DNA of 64,000 nt, taken from Escherichia phage EC128. The translations under genes and the position numbers were made by a program. Under the pieces are notes generated by a model. The model worked only from the letters and a program-made list of their open reading frames with translations. It ran no database searches and was not told the DNA's origin. The stretch lies in sequence record ON210139.1; one strand, written 5' to 3'. Each line of letters begins with the position of its first letter. The first letter of the stretch is position 1. This document shows, one piece after another, positions 32,594-44,245 of this stretch.

Positions 32594-33684
32594 AAAATGC
32601 GCCTTTAAACGGTAACGTTTATCGAAAACTCCTTTAATTGCTGGAAAGTCCTTTATAGGAAAACTAGCAGCCAAGGTTTTGCTTGCACCTTTAATTAGTA
32701 TAATATAAATATGATTATACTTTTAAGAGGATGCACAATTGAACTATAGAAAAATTTGGATAGATGCTAACGGACCTATACCTAAAGATTCTGATGGAAG
32801 AACATACGAAATCCATCATAAAGACGGTAACCGTGAAAATAATGATTTAGATAATTTGATGTGCCTTTCTATACAGGAACATTATGATATACATTTAGCT
32901 CAAAAAGATTACCAGGCTTGTCATGCTATAAAGCTTAGAATGAAATATTCTCCTAAAGAAATTTCTGAATTAGCTTCTAAAGCCGCAAAATCTAGAGAAA
33001 TCCAGATTTTTAATATCCCTGAAGTACGAGCTAAAAATATTGCCTCTATTAAATCTAAGATAGAAAATGGTACATTTCATCTTTTAGACGGTGAAATACA
33101 GCGTAAATCTAATTTAAATAGAGTTGCATTAGGTATACATAATTTTCAACAAGCTGAGCATATTGCAAAAGTTAAAGAACGCAATATTGCAGCTATAAAA
33201 GAAGGTACTCATGTATTTTGCGGTGGTAAAATGCAGTCAGAAACTCAATCAAAACGGGTAAATGACGGTTCACATCATTTCTTGTCAGAAGATCATAAGA
33301 AAAGAACATCAGCAAAAACATTAGAAATGGTTAAGAACGGGACCCATCCTGCACAAAAAGAAATCACATGTGATTTCTGCGGTCACATTGGTAAAGGTCC
33401 TGGATTTTATCTAAAACATAATGACAGATGTAAATTAAATCCAAATAGAATTCAATTGAATTGTCCATATTGTGATAAGAAAGATTTATCACCATCAACA
33501 TATAAACGATGGCACGGCGACAATTGCAAAGCAAGGTTCAACGACTAGTCTTCGGACGTAGGGTCAAGCGACTCGAAATGGGGAGAATCCCTCTGGGATT
33601 GTGATATAGTCTGGTCTGCATAGTAATATGTAGCAGTTCATAAGAGAACGGGTTGAGAATTAGCGAGCTCAATCGAACATAACG
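32594..33684 (+). mobile_element. nrdB group I intron (about 1.09 kb) carrying a full-length HNH endonuclease ORF
   Basis: interrupts the conserved FYVSFAC/TFNFHKNMEIMEGNAKI region; the proposed junctions (exon ends T, intron ends G) restore an in-frame NrdB; exact boundaries are inferred. Confidence 0.6.
32739..33548 (+). CDS. I-TevIII: I-TevIII-like HNH homing endonuclease (intron-encoded, full length)
   Basis: 269-aa ORF; HNH motif EIHHKDGNRENNDLDNLMCLSIQEHYDIH and C-terminal Cys clusters; opens at TTG 32739 with SD AAGAGGA 7 nt upstream, no in-frame ATG. Confidence 0.75.
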   Translation: MNYRKIWIDANGPIPKDSDGRTYEIHHKDGNRENNDLDNLMCLSIQEHYDIHLAQKDYQACHAIKLRMKYSPKEISELASKAAKSREIQIFNIPEVRAKNIASIKSKIENGTFHLLDGEIQRKSNLNRVALGIHNFQQAEHIAKVKERNIAAIKEGTHVFCGGKMQSETQSKRVNDGSHHFLSEDHKKRTSAKTLEMVKNGTHPAQKEITCDFCGHIGKGPGFYLKHNDRCKLNPNRIQLNCPYCDKKDLSPSTYKRWHGDNCKARFND

Positions 33685-34187
33685 GTACCTTTAACTTCCA
33701 CAAGAATATGGAAATCATGGAAGGTAATGCCAAGATTATGAAGTTCATTGCACGTGATGAGCAGCTTCACCTTAAAGGCACTCAATATATTATTCGTCAA
33801 CTTCAATCCGGTACTGATGGTGATGAATGGGTTAAAATTGCTCAAGAGTGTGAACAAGAAGCAGTTGATATTTTCATGGAAGTTAACCGCCAAGAAAAAG
33901 ATTGGGCAGTTCATTTATTTAAAGATGGCGATGTTCCTGGATTAAATACAAATAGCATGTGGAGCTTTATTGATTACTTAACTGTATCTCGTATGAAACA
34001 GTGTGGTCTTCCATGCCCAATTACCGATGCTCCGGTTAAACACCCATATCCTTGGATTCGTGAATATCTTAATTCTGATAATGTTCAATCCGCGCCACAA
34101 GAAGTAGAACTGTCATCTTACCTTGTTGCGCAGATTGATAATGATGTTGATGATAAAGTTATGATGAGTTTTAAAAAATACTTTTAA
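33685..34187 (+). CDS. nrdB: ribonucleotide reductase small subunit, exon 2
   Basis: in-frame continuation (C)TFNFHKNMEIMEGNAKIMKFIARDEQLH... through the stop. Confidence 0.65.
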
Positions 34188-34214
34188 GGAGTGGGCCGCA
34201 AGGCCCATTTTATT

Positions 34215-35802
<1,588 letters not shown>

Positions 35803-35805
35803 GCT

Positions 35806-35835
35806 GTTTACAAGTCCCTCGTGTTGTGTTACAGT
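35806..35835 (+). promoter_or_regulatory. early promoter for alc; part of a 54-bp promoter and leader repeat
   Basis: GTTTAC, 18-bp spacer, TACAGT; near-identical copy at 49909. Confidence 0.5.
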
Positions 35836-35866
35836 AGTCTTACTGACATAACATGAGGACTTTATG

Positions 35867-36370
35867 ATGGATTTGCAGCTTATTACTACTGAGATGGTCG
35901 TTGAAGCATACGGTGATACTACAGATGGGATTTCTGTATTCAAAGGAAATCGTCGAGTTGGATATATCACTGATCTTAAGAAAGATTTAGCTAAGCAAGT
36001 TAAGCGGAAAACGACCGTTAAAGAATATCGAAATCGTCGTCTTGAGAAAGCCCGTGATATGCTTCCTAATGCAGTTGAGGAGATGAAAGTCTTTTTAGAA
36101 AATCAACTCGTTAAGTATGATTGTGAAGTGTTCATTAATCAGACTCAACCTAATGTTCATATTAACAACTGTAAATGCTATATCATCGTTAATCCTTTGA
36201 CAGGAAAACATCGTCTTGGAATTAGTAATCCAAATCGTAGCGCATCAGATATGGCAGAAGATGTTGAGGCATGCTTTAAAATTTCTAAATCTCCGGCTGA
36301 ACATCATATTTTAATTAACGGTCTTTCTCAAGACGATATTATAGAGGTTATTAAAACTTTATGCAATTAA
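35867..36370 (+). CDS. alc: Alc protein (blocks host transcription on cytosine DNA)
   Basis: 167 aa from the second ATG of MMDLQLITTEMV. Confidence 0.85.
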   Translation: MDLQLITTEMVVEAYGDTTDGISVFKGNRRVGYITDLKKDLAKQVKRKTTVKEYRNRRLEKARDMLPNAVEEMKVFLENQLVKYDCEVFINQTQPNVHINNCKCYIIVNPLTGKHRLGISNPNRSASDMAEDVEACFKISKSPAEHHILINGLSQDDIIEVIKTLCN

Positions 36371-36714
36371 GTAATACGACAGCAGGCTTGCTATTAATTG
36401 TAATTGCATTGGGCGGAACTTCTTTAATTTTAAAAAATAAAATTGAAAGATTAGAAACGTCTGTTGTAGAAATTACAAAAACGGCCAATGAAAACGCTTT
36501 AGCATTAAATAATTTGCGAATTCAGTATAATTATATTGATGCGATGAATAATAAAAATCGTGAGGCAATTGCTGCTATTGAGCGTGAAAATGAAAAGCTG
36601 CGCAAAGACGCAAAGAAGGCGGATGTGGTGGCTCATAAGCCAGGATTGGTTGAAAAACAAATCAACAACTCCTTCAACAAGTTCGCAGAAGACATTCAGG
36701 ACCTTTCTAAATGA
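36361..36714 (+). CDS. inner-membrane spanin candidate (Rz-like; possibly pseT.3)
   Basis: 117 aa: N-terminal TM helix (LLLIVIALGGTSLIL) followed by a charged coiled-coil-like region; precedes a lipoprotein ORF. Confidence 0.6.
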   Translation: MQLSNTTAGLLLIVIALGGTSLILKNKIERLETSVVEITKTANENALALNNLRIQYNYIDAMNNKNREAIAAIERENEKLRKDAKKADVVAHKPGLVEKQINNSFNKFAEDIQDLSK

Positions 36715-37010
36715 TTAAACTATCAGCAGTAATATTATCTATTGGTCTTCTAGTTGGTTGTTCTACAAAGCCTCTAGAAGTAAAGAAAGAAACAGTTCAT
36801 CCTAATTGGCCTGTACAAATAAAGTCATATGATGAAGCTAAACTATCTTGGCAAGTTAAAGTTATCGATGGTAAAGCTTGGGTCGGTATGCCATTTGAAG
36901 ATTCCCAGGAATTTCGTATTTGGCTTAATGATGTAAAACGATATGTACATGATCAGAAAACTATGATATGTTATTATCGCCAAGAGTTAAAAGAGGATAA
37001 ATGTAAATGA
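36711..37010 (+). CDS. outer-membrane lipoprotein spanin candidate (Rz1-like; possibly pseT.2)
   Basis: 99 aa with signal peptide and lipobox LLVGC|S. Confidence 0.6.
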   Translation: MIKLSAVILSIGLLVGCSTKPLEVKKETVHPNWPVQIKSYDEAKLSWQVKVIDGKAWVGMPFEDSQEFRIWLNDVKRYVHDQKTMICYYRQELKEDKCK

Positions 37011-37231
37011 TTTCATGGCATCAATTTGAACATCTCAAAGGATTGATTTATGAATCCGAGATGGCTGCAATGATTTATGGACGCCAGATTCAACGATTAG
37101 AATCTTTACCTCCAACTAATGATGTTTTATTAGCTCAATCACGTGCTAATCTTAAAAATGAATACCAAAATAAGTGGGGTAAAGCATCTAAAGACCTGCA
37201 TGATTATATTCAATCATTGGTTGAGAAATAA
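37007..37231 (+). CDS. hypothetical protein (74 aa)
   Basis: ORF coupled to the upstream stop. Confidence 0.5.
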   Translation: MISWHQFEHLKGLIYESEMAAMIYGRQIQRLESLPPTNDVLLAQSRANLKNEYQNKWGKASKDLHDYIQSLVEK

Positions 37232-37234
37232 TAA

Positions 37235-38441
<1,207 letters not shown>

Positions 38442-38442
<1 letters not shown>

Positions 38443-38639
38443 TGGCTTGGCACCATGAAACTTGGGCTATTGTTATTGTAAATAGCGGTTTAGTTGTTAC
38501 TAGTAATGGGCAATTTTGTGTATTTACTAGTGAAAATAGAGCATGGGAGGAATGTCTTAAATTAAGAGAAAAGAATCCCGATGTTGAACTAGTAGTAAAG
38601 AAAACTAAACTGCCTTTACCATGGAAAACTTATGAATAA
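38442..38639 (+). CDS. hypothetical protein (65 aa)
   Basis: ATG overlapping the pseT stop. Confidence 0.45.
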
Positions 38640-38832
38640 CCTAGAAAAGATTTATCGTCTTTGTGATAAAATTGAAAAAGAAAAGAAATATCTATTTTGT
38701 CTATGGCCTATTGTTGACGGAAGAGTAGGCCTAGATGTTCTTGATTATGAAACAGAAGACAAAGTAGATGGCGCAACTTTTGATAACGCTTTGGATGTTA
38801 TTGATTGGCTCGAAGAAAATTATGTGAGGTAA
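38632..38832 (+). CDS. hypothetical protein (66 aa)
   Basis: ATGA-coupled ORF. Confidence 0.5.
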   Translation: MNNLEKIYRLCDKIEKEKKYLFCLWPIVDGRVGLDVLDYETEDKVDGATFDNALDVIDWLEENYVR

Positions 38833-38834
38833 AT

Positions 38835-39110
38835 ATGTTTCCGACTTACTCTAAAATCGTAGAAGTAGTGTTTAGCCAAATTATCGCTAATAACATGTTT
38901 GAAAAGCTTGATAATGCAGCTGAACTTCGAATCCACGCTCAAGTGACTCATGTATTGAATACTTTGCTTCCAGACCAGGTGGATTCTGTTGCCATCACGT
39001 TGTATCCAGGTTCCGCGCATATCATTGTTGTATTCGGTCTTGATGCTGAGCTAGTCATCAAAGGCGATATTCGCTTTGAATCACAGACATCAGAATTCAA
39101 AGCAATTTAA
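38835..39110 (+). CDS. hypothetical protein (91 aa)
   Basis: ATG with SD GAGGTAAAT. Confidence 0.5.
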   Translation: MFPTYSKIVEVVFSQIIANNMFEKLDNAAELRIHAQVTHVLNTLLPDQVDSVAITLYPGSAHIIVVFGLDAELVIKGDIRFESQTSEFKAI

Positions 39111-39112
39111 TA

Positions 39113-39142
39113 GTTTACTTTACGGTAGAGTTGTGATATTAT
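39113..39142 (+). promoter_or_regulatory. T4-type early promoter
   Basis: GTTTAC, 18-bp spacer, TATTAT. Confidence 0.5.
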
Positions 39143-39172
39143 AGCTCTACCAAAACAAATGAGGAAATTGAA

Positions 39173-39700
39173 ATGAGCGAATGGTTTGAAGAAGATAAGG
39201 TTTATCGCTTTAAAGCTGGATATAAAGATATTTTTAATGAAACTTGCGGGGCTAATAAACGAATTGCCCAGTTTATTGGGGAAAATTCATTTAAAGTAAA
39301 AATAGATCCTGCGAAAAATGTTATTAGCATTAAACGCGAAATTGATGATTGTTGGTATAAAGCTGTTGATGTAATGGGCGAATCTTATAAAGTTAGCCCG
39401 TTATTTTCAATTGCTTATATGTTAGAATATTCTTTTTTCGAAGAAGTTCAAAAAGATGATTCTGTCAGTAAATTTGAAATTAAAACTGATAAAGAAATTA
39501 AGTGGAAAGTAGTAGGTATTACTGGTTGTATGTTTTATATCTATGCTCAAACTGATACGAAGGAAGAAGCTAAAAAGAAAGCTCTAGAATATCTTGAAGA
39601 GTATGAAGAAGGTCCGGTAATGATTACTCAAGATGCTGAATTAGTTTCTGTCAAATTAGTTAAAAATGTTGAAAGTAAGGAGCTGGGATCAACATGCTAA
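39173..39700 (+). CDS. hypothetical protein (175 aa)
   Basis: ORF with SD GAGGAAATTGAA. Confidence 0.55.
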   Translation: MSEWFEEDKVYRFKAGYKDIFNETCGANKRIAQFIGENSFKVKIDPAKNVISIKREIDDCWYKAVDVMGESYKVSPLFSIAYMLEYSFFEEVQKDDSVSKFEIKTDKEIKWKVVGITGCMFYIYAQTDTKEEAKKKALEYLEEYEEGPVMITQDAELVSVKLVKNVESKELGSTC

Positions 39701-39930
39701 GTGAAAAACCAATTACTGTTAAAGAATTCCAAGAAAAAGTTAAACTATTTGCTCAGGAATTGGTAAATAAGGTTTCTGAACGATTTCCAGAAACATCGGT
39801 TCGTGTTATTACCGAAACTCCTCGTTCAGTATTAGTAATTGTGAATCCAGGTGATGGCGATCAAATATCGCATCTTAAACTGGATTTTGATGGATTAGTT
39901 GAAGCACAAAGGGTGTATGGCGTACTATGA
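39694..39930 (+). CDS. hypothetical protein (78 aa)
   Basis: ORF overlapping the upstream 3' end. Confidence 0.5.
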   Translation: MLSEKPITVKEFQEKVKLFAQELVNKVSERFPETSVRVITETPRSVLVIVNPGDGDQISHLKLDFDGLVEAQRVYGVL

Positions 39931-40265
39931 TGAATTTAACTGATATAATTGATAATTGTCTTGAAAATGATACTGGCGATCATAGAGCGCTTGACTCTGA
40001 AACAGCAAAGTTCATTAGAATAACTTTAATGAATGATACTCTGGTGAATAGTATTCATCCTTCTGTGTATGATGCTATTATTGTGACGAAGTATCCAGTT
40101 GAGCTTCACAAAAAGATGACTGGTGCAGTTTTTATTGATAAGAAAAACCGCTTTAAAGATGGGCAGAATATAATTAGTTCTGTTATTAAAAGTATAACTA
40201 AACTTCGTCACGAAATTTATCGTGTTGAAACTGCTAAATCTGCTTATCTGGTGATTATGAAATGA
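39927..40265 (+). CDS. hypothetical protein (112 aa)
   Basis: ATGA-coupled ORF ending at the cd start. Confidence 0.5.
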   Translation: MMNLTDIIDNCLENDTGDHRALDSETAKFIRITLMNDTLVNSIHPSVYDAIIVTKYPVELHKKMTGAVFIDKKNRFKDGQNIISSVIKSITKLRHEIYRVETAKSAYLVIMK

Positions 40266-40843
40266 AAGCGAGTACAGTACTTCAAATTGCATATTTAGTA
40301 TCGCAGGAATCAAAATGTTGCTCCTGGAAGGTAGGAGCAGTAATTGAAAAGAATGGACGTATTATTTCTACTGGGTATAATGGTTCACCCGCAGGAGGTG
40401 TGAACTGTTGTGATTATGCTGCTGAGCAAGGTTGGTTATTGAATAAGCCTAAACATACTATCATTCAAGGTCATAAGCCTGAATGTGTATCATTTGGTTC
40501 AACTGATCGTTTTGTCTTGGCGAAAGAACACCGCAGCGCTCACTCGGAATGGTCATCTAAAAATGAAATTCATGCTGAACTAAATGCAATTTTGTTTGCT
40601 GCACGAAATGGTTCTTCTATTGAAGGTGCTACTATGTATGTAACACTTTCTCCATGTCCGGATTGCGCAAAAGCGATAGCTCAATCTGGAATTAAAAAAC
40701 TAGTTTATTGCGAAACATACGACAAAAATAAACCTGGTTGGGATGATATTTTGCGAAATGCAGGTATTGAAGTGTTTAATGTTCCTAAGAAAAACTTGAA
40801 TAAGTTAAACTGGGAAAATATCAACGAATTCTGTGGTGAATGA
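40262..40843 (+). CDS. cd: dCMP deaminase
   Basis: 193 aa; zinc-binding HAE...PCxxC deaminase motifs. Confidence 0.95.
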   Translation: MKASTVLQIAYLVSQESKCCSWKVGAVIEKNGRIISTGYNGSPAGGVNCCDYAAEQGWLLNKPKHTIIQGHKPECVSFGSTDRFVLAKEHRSAHSEWSSKNEIHAELNAILFAARNGSSIEGATMYVTLSPCPDCAKAIAQSGIKKLVYCETYDKNKPGWDDILRNAGIEVFNVPKKNLNKLNWENINEFCGE

Positions 40844-41079
40844 TGAAATTTCGTTTGGTAAAGCTCACAGCAATTAGTTCTTATTCTAATGAGAACATCT
40901 CATTTGCTGTAGAGTATAAGAAATATTTTTTCTCTAAATGGAAACAGTATTATAAAACTGATTGGACTAGTATTGATAGACCATATAGTTGGAAATCTGA
41001 TTTAGAAAAATGCCAAAAATTACTTTCCACCCTTAAAGAACGTGGAACAACTCATATTAAAACTGTGATAGGTAAATAA
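40840..41079 (+). CDS. hypothetical protein (79 aa)
   Basis: ATGA-coupled ORF. Confidence 0.5.
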   Translation: MMKFRLVKLTAISSYSNENISFAVEYKKYFFSKWKQYYKTDWTSIDRPYSWKSDLEKCQKLLSTLKERGTTHIKTVIGK

Positions 41080-41388
41080 ATGAAACTGACAACTGAGCAG
41101 AAAGTAGCAATTCGTGAAATTTTGAAAACTAAATTGTCCATGGGTGTTTCAAACGTAGTTTTTGAAAAGTCTGATGGTACTATTCGTACTATGAAAGGTA
41201 CTCGTGACGCAGACTTTATGCCAACCATGCAAACTGGTAAATTAACTGAATCTACTCGGAAAGAATCTACTGATATGATTCCAGTATTTGATGTTGAGCT
41301 TGGTGCATGGCGAGGTTTTTCTATTGACAAATTGATTTCCGTTAATGGTATGAAAGTTGAGCATTTGCTTCAATTTATTGGTAAATAA
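41080..41388 (+). CDS. hypothetical protein (102 aa)
   Basis: ORF immediately after the upstream stop. Confidence 0.5.
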   Translation: MKLTTEQKVAIREILKTKLSMGVSNVVFEKSDGTIRTMKGTRDADFMPTMQTGKLTESTRKESTDMIPVFDVELGAWRGFSIDKLISVNGMKVEHLLQFIGK

Positions 41389-41444
41389 ATGCTTTAAGAA
41401 TTATTTGTTATTATTAATTCATCTGTTAACAAAAAGGAAAAACA

Positions 41445-41780
41445 ATGTCTGAAGTACAACAGCTACCAATTCGTGCTGTCGGTGAATATGTTATTTTAGT
41501 TTCTGAACCCGCACAGGCGGGTGATGAAGAAGTTACAGAATCAGGACTTATTATCGGTAAACGTGTCCAAGGTGAAGTTCCTGAACTGTGTGTAGTTCAC
41601 TCTGTCGGTCCTGATGTTCCTGAAGGTTTCTGCGAAGTTGGTGATTTGACTTCTCTTCCAGTTGGTCAAATTCGAAATGTTCCGCATCCTTTTGTAGCTC
41701 TGGGTCTTAAGCAGCCAAAAGAAATTAAACAAAAATTCGTTACCTGTCACTATAAAGCTATTCCGTGTCTTTATAAGTGA
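41445..41780 (+). CDS. 31: gp31 co-chaperonin (GroES functional homologue)
   Basis: 111-aa ORF; recognised as T4 gp31. Confidence 0.9.
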
Positions 41781-41788
41781 TATAAATA
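41781..41788 (+). promoter_or_regulatory. possible late promoter (TATAAATA) upstream of rIII
   Basis: TATAAATA about 140 nt upstream of the rIII ATG. Confidence 0.3.
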
Positions 41789-41927
41789 ATAATATGAATT
41801 GGATGTCGGAATAATAAGTTAACCGAACAATTCTATGTGGTAGTCTACAACTGAGAGATCTGTCGAAAGAAGATGAAATTCAGAAGAACGTGACTACCGA
41901 GTTTTAATCTCTAACGAGAATTTTTAA

Positions 41928-42176
41928 ATGATTAAACAATTACAACACGCTCTTGAACTGCAACGAAACGCATGGAATAATGGTCACGAAAACTATGGCG
42001 CATCTATTGATGTTGAAGCCGAAGCTCTTGAAATCCTGCGTTATTTCAAACATCTGAATCCTGCTCAAACTGCATTAGCTGCTGAGCTTCAGGAAAAAGA
42101 TGAACTTAAGTATGCTAAGCCTCTGGCTTCTGCTGCACGAAAAGCAGTTCGTCACTTTGTGGTAACATTGAAGTAA
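41928..42176 (+). CDS. rIII: rIII lysis-inhibition accessory protein
   Basis: 82-aa ORF; recognised as T4 rIII. Confidence 0.9.
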   Translation: MIKQLQHALELQRNAWNNGHENYGASIDVEAEALEILRYFKHLNPAQTALAAELQEKDELKYAKPLASAARKAVRHFVVTLK

Positions 42177-42244
42177 TTTATTGGAGATTCACTGCCTTAG
42201 TGTGAGCTAAAATCGAGGAGCCATCGAACTGTCTGATTAATGAT

Positions 42245-42433
42245 TTGCGAATCATTATAGTTTTAAGACCCCGGCAGTTTTATGGTGTACCTCTTGAATG
42301 TTACTATCATGCGTCAGAAAAGTGTTATCTGTGTAAGTCTTGGTGGTATGATGACGAGGTTTATGGTTATCCTGTCGGTAAATATTCAAAACCTAAGTAC
42401 CCCTTTGAGGGCTTGCGCAGGCAATGCCAATAA
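42245..42433 (+). CDS. hypothetical protein (62 aa)
   Basis: ORF in the 30.x block. Confidence 0.45.
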   Translation: MRIIIVLRPRQFYGVPLECYYHASEKCYLCKSWWYDDEVYGYPVGKYSKPKYPFEGLRRQCQ

Positions 42434-42465
42434 GTCCTGCATTTTCATTTAAAAGAGAATTTATA

Positions 42466-42642
42466 ATGGCAAAACAAGTTAAAGCAAAGAAAGCAGTTGA
42501 AAAGAAAGTTGGTGATTCTAAACGCGCTGGTTACAAGCGTGGGTCGAACTCTCGTATCAATCAAACTGTTGAGAAGATCATGCGCCGAGCACGTGCGGTT
42601 CTTCGAGATGATGCTTCTCGTTTTGGTAAGCAGAAAGCATAA
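42466..42642 (+). CDS. hypothetical basic protein (58 aa)
   Basis: ATG at MAKQVKAKK; lysine/arginine-rich. Confidence 0.45.
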   Translation: MAKQVKAKKAVEKKVGDSKRAGYKRGSNSRINQTVEKIMRRARAVLRDDASRFGKQKA

Positions 42643-42647
42643 GTTGA

Positions 42648-42677
42648 GGACTCCTTCGGGAGTCCTTTTTTATTTTC
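42648..42677 (+). terminator. rho-independent terminator
   Basis: GGACTCC-TTCG-GGAGTCC followed by TTTTTTATTTT. Confidence 0.7.
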
Positions 42678-42695
42678 CAAAGATTGCATAAAGTT

Positions 42696-42725
42696 GTTTA
42701 CAGTATAGTTCCTTTGTGATAGTAT
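42696..42725 (+). promoter_or_regulatory. T4-type early promoter
   Basis: GTTTAC, 18-bp spacer, TAGTAT. Confidence 0.5.
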
Positions 42726-42752
42726 TATCTTACACAAACAAAGGAGAATAAA

Positions 42753-43085
42753 ATGAAAACGATTAATCTGAACGCTGCAGTTAAAACTAAATGCTTCAAT
42801 GGTAAATATAATGAAACTATGTGGTTCTTAATGGCAGTTGAAGGTGATATTATTGAAGTAGAAACAACAGAAGGTATGGGAACAGATTTCACCTTTACAA
42901 TTCAAGTTCATAATTTCTTTACTGGTTGGATTTATGAATTGAATACAGTAATCGTTGGAAAAATTGAACAAAATGAATTAGGCGAATGGCATTATGTTAC
43001 AGCTCGCCAACGTGCAGAACGCTTAATTGAGAAGATGAAAAAAGTTGGTAAACTTGACATGCAGCATTGGAAAGTAGTAAAATAA
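42753..43085 (+). CDS. hypothetical protein (110 aa)
   Basis: ORF with SD AAGGAGAATAAA. Confidence 0.55.
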   Translation: MKTINLNAAVKTKCFNGKYNETMWFLMAVEGDIIEVETTEGMGTDFTFTIQVHNFFTGWIYELNTVIVGKIEQNELGEWHYVTARQRAERLIEKMKKVGKLDMQHWKVVK

Positions 43086-43087
43086 TT

Positions 43088-43116
43088 GTTTACTTTGGTA
43101 CAGGACATGATATTAT
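43088..43116 (+). promoter_or_regulatory. T4-type early promoter
   Basis: GTTTAC, 17-bp spacer, TATTAT. Confidence 0.5.
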
Positions 43117-43140
43117 ATACCTGTACCGCAATTAAACATC

Positions 43141-43518
43141 TTGGAGAATAAAATGAACTACATTAACTTTGAACGTAAATATGTTTCTAATGGTATTGCA
43201 GGTTCTATTGATACCATCTGCCTTTGGAAACATCAAAATGGATCAGTATGCGAAATCGAACAGTATATGACTCCTAACTACGTTTATATGCGATTTGAAA
43301 ACGGTATCACGGTTTCAATCACGATGGAAGGTTCCAACTTTAAAATCGCTCTGGATGATGATTTCCGTCAACGTGATTTAGGGACTCATCCTTGCTGGAA
43401 TGGTGCTAATCGTAAACTCTTAGTTAAAACTTGGATTCGTCATATTCTGAGTAACAAAGCTAAACCTGAGCACTTGGAAGCAATCTTTGATGTAGTTCTT
43501 AACGAATTTGATATTTAA
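43141..43518 (+). CDS. hypothetical protein (125 aa)
   Basis: ORF with SD GGAGAATAAA. Confidence 0.55.
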   Translation: MENKMNYINFERKYVSNGIAGSIDTICLWKHQNGSVCEIEQYMTPNYVYMRFENGITVSITMEGSNFKIALDDDFRQRDLGTHPCWNGANRKLLVKTWIRHILSNKAKPEHLEAIFDVVLNEFDI

Positions 43519-43557
43519 AATAAATGAGGGGCTTCGGCCCCTATTGAGGAAAATATT

Positions 43558-43845
43558 ATGTTTATGACTACTTATTTTGATACCCGCAAAAATTTCTGTG
43601 AAGTTGTTTTCTCAAAGGCACCTAAAGACCTTCCTGCACATTTGCAACCTACTAGCGAATCGATTAAAAACTACGTTGATGTGGTTTGTCCTTTAGAGTT
43701 CCGTACTGTAAATGGGCGTGATACTTTAGCTATCACTAAACTCAATCGCGAAATTGACATTGACCCTTCAATTGCGCGCGAAATTAATATCTCTGATATT
43801 GGCGGCGGTAATGTTAAATCGCACGGTTTTCAGATGAGGTTCTAA
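43558..43845 (+). CDS. hypothetical protein (95 aa)
   Basis: ORF with SD GAGGAAAATATT after a UUCG hairpin. Confidence 0.5.
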   Translation: MFMTTYFDTRKNFCEVVFSKAPKDLPAHLQPTSESIKNYVDVVCPLEFRTVNGRDTLAITKLNREIDIDPSIAREINISDIGGGNVKSHGFQMRF

Positions 43846-44042
43846 TGAAATTCTTTTTAGGTCAAACTGTTGAATTAAAGGGAGTTGGTATACCTGGATT
43901 AATTTCTAAGGTTCTACCTCCATTTAAATGGAGTGGTATTCAAATAAAAGAGGCTTATATTGTTTCCTGGGTAGATGGAAATGAAGACCTTCGTATGGGT
44001 GATGAATTATCTCCTATCTACGGATTAAAGGAATTAGTATGA
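43845..44042 (+). CDS. hypothetical protein (65 aa)
   Basis: ATGA-coupled ORF. Confidence 0.45.
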   Translation: MKFFLGQTVELKGVGIPGLISKVLPPFKWSGIQIKEAYIVSWVDGNEDLRMGDELSPIYGLKELV

Positions 44043-44245
44043 ATATAATTAATAAGATTTTTGGAATTCAGTACATTAAGGTCACATATAAAGTAACAGA
44101 TAAAAATCCATATACTGATGAACGTGAAGAACCACGAGTTGAGTCTATTATATTAGAAAAGGACCCTAACTGGCCAGTTGAATTTCGTCTTCCTTGCTAT
44201 GGTCATTGGGCTGATGTTGAAATTATAAGCATTGAAAATGTCTGA
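44039..44245 (+). CDS. hypothetical protein (68 aa)
   Basis: ATGA-coupled ORF. Confidence 0.45.
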   Translation: MNIINKIFGIQYIKVTYKVTDKNPYTDEREEPRVESIILEKDPNWPVEFRLPCYGHWADVEIISIENV

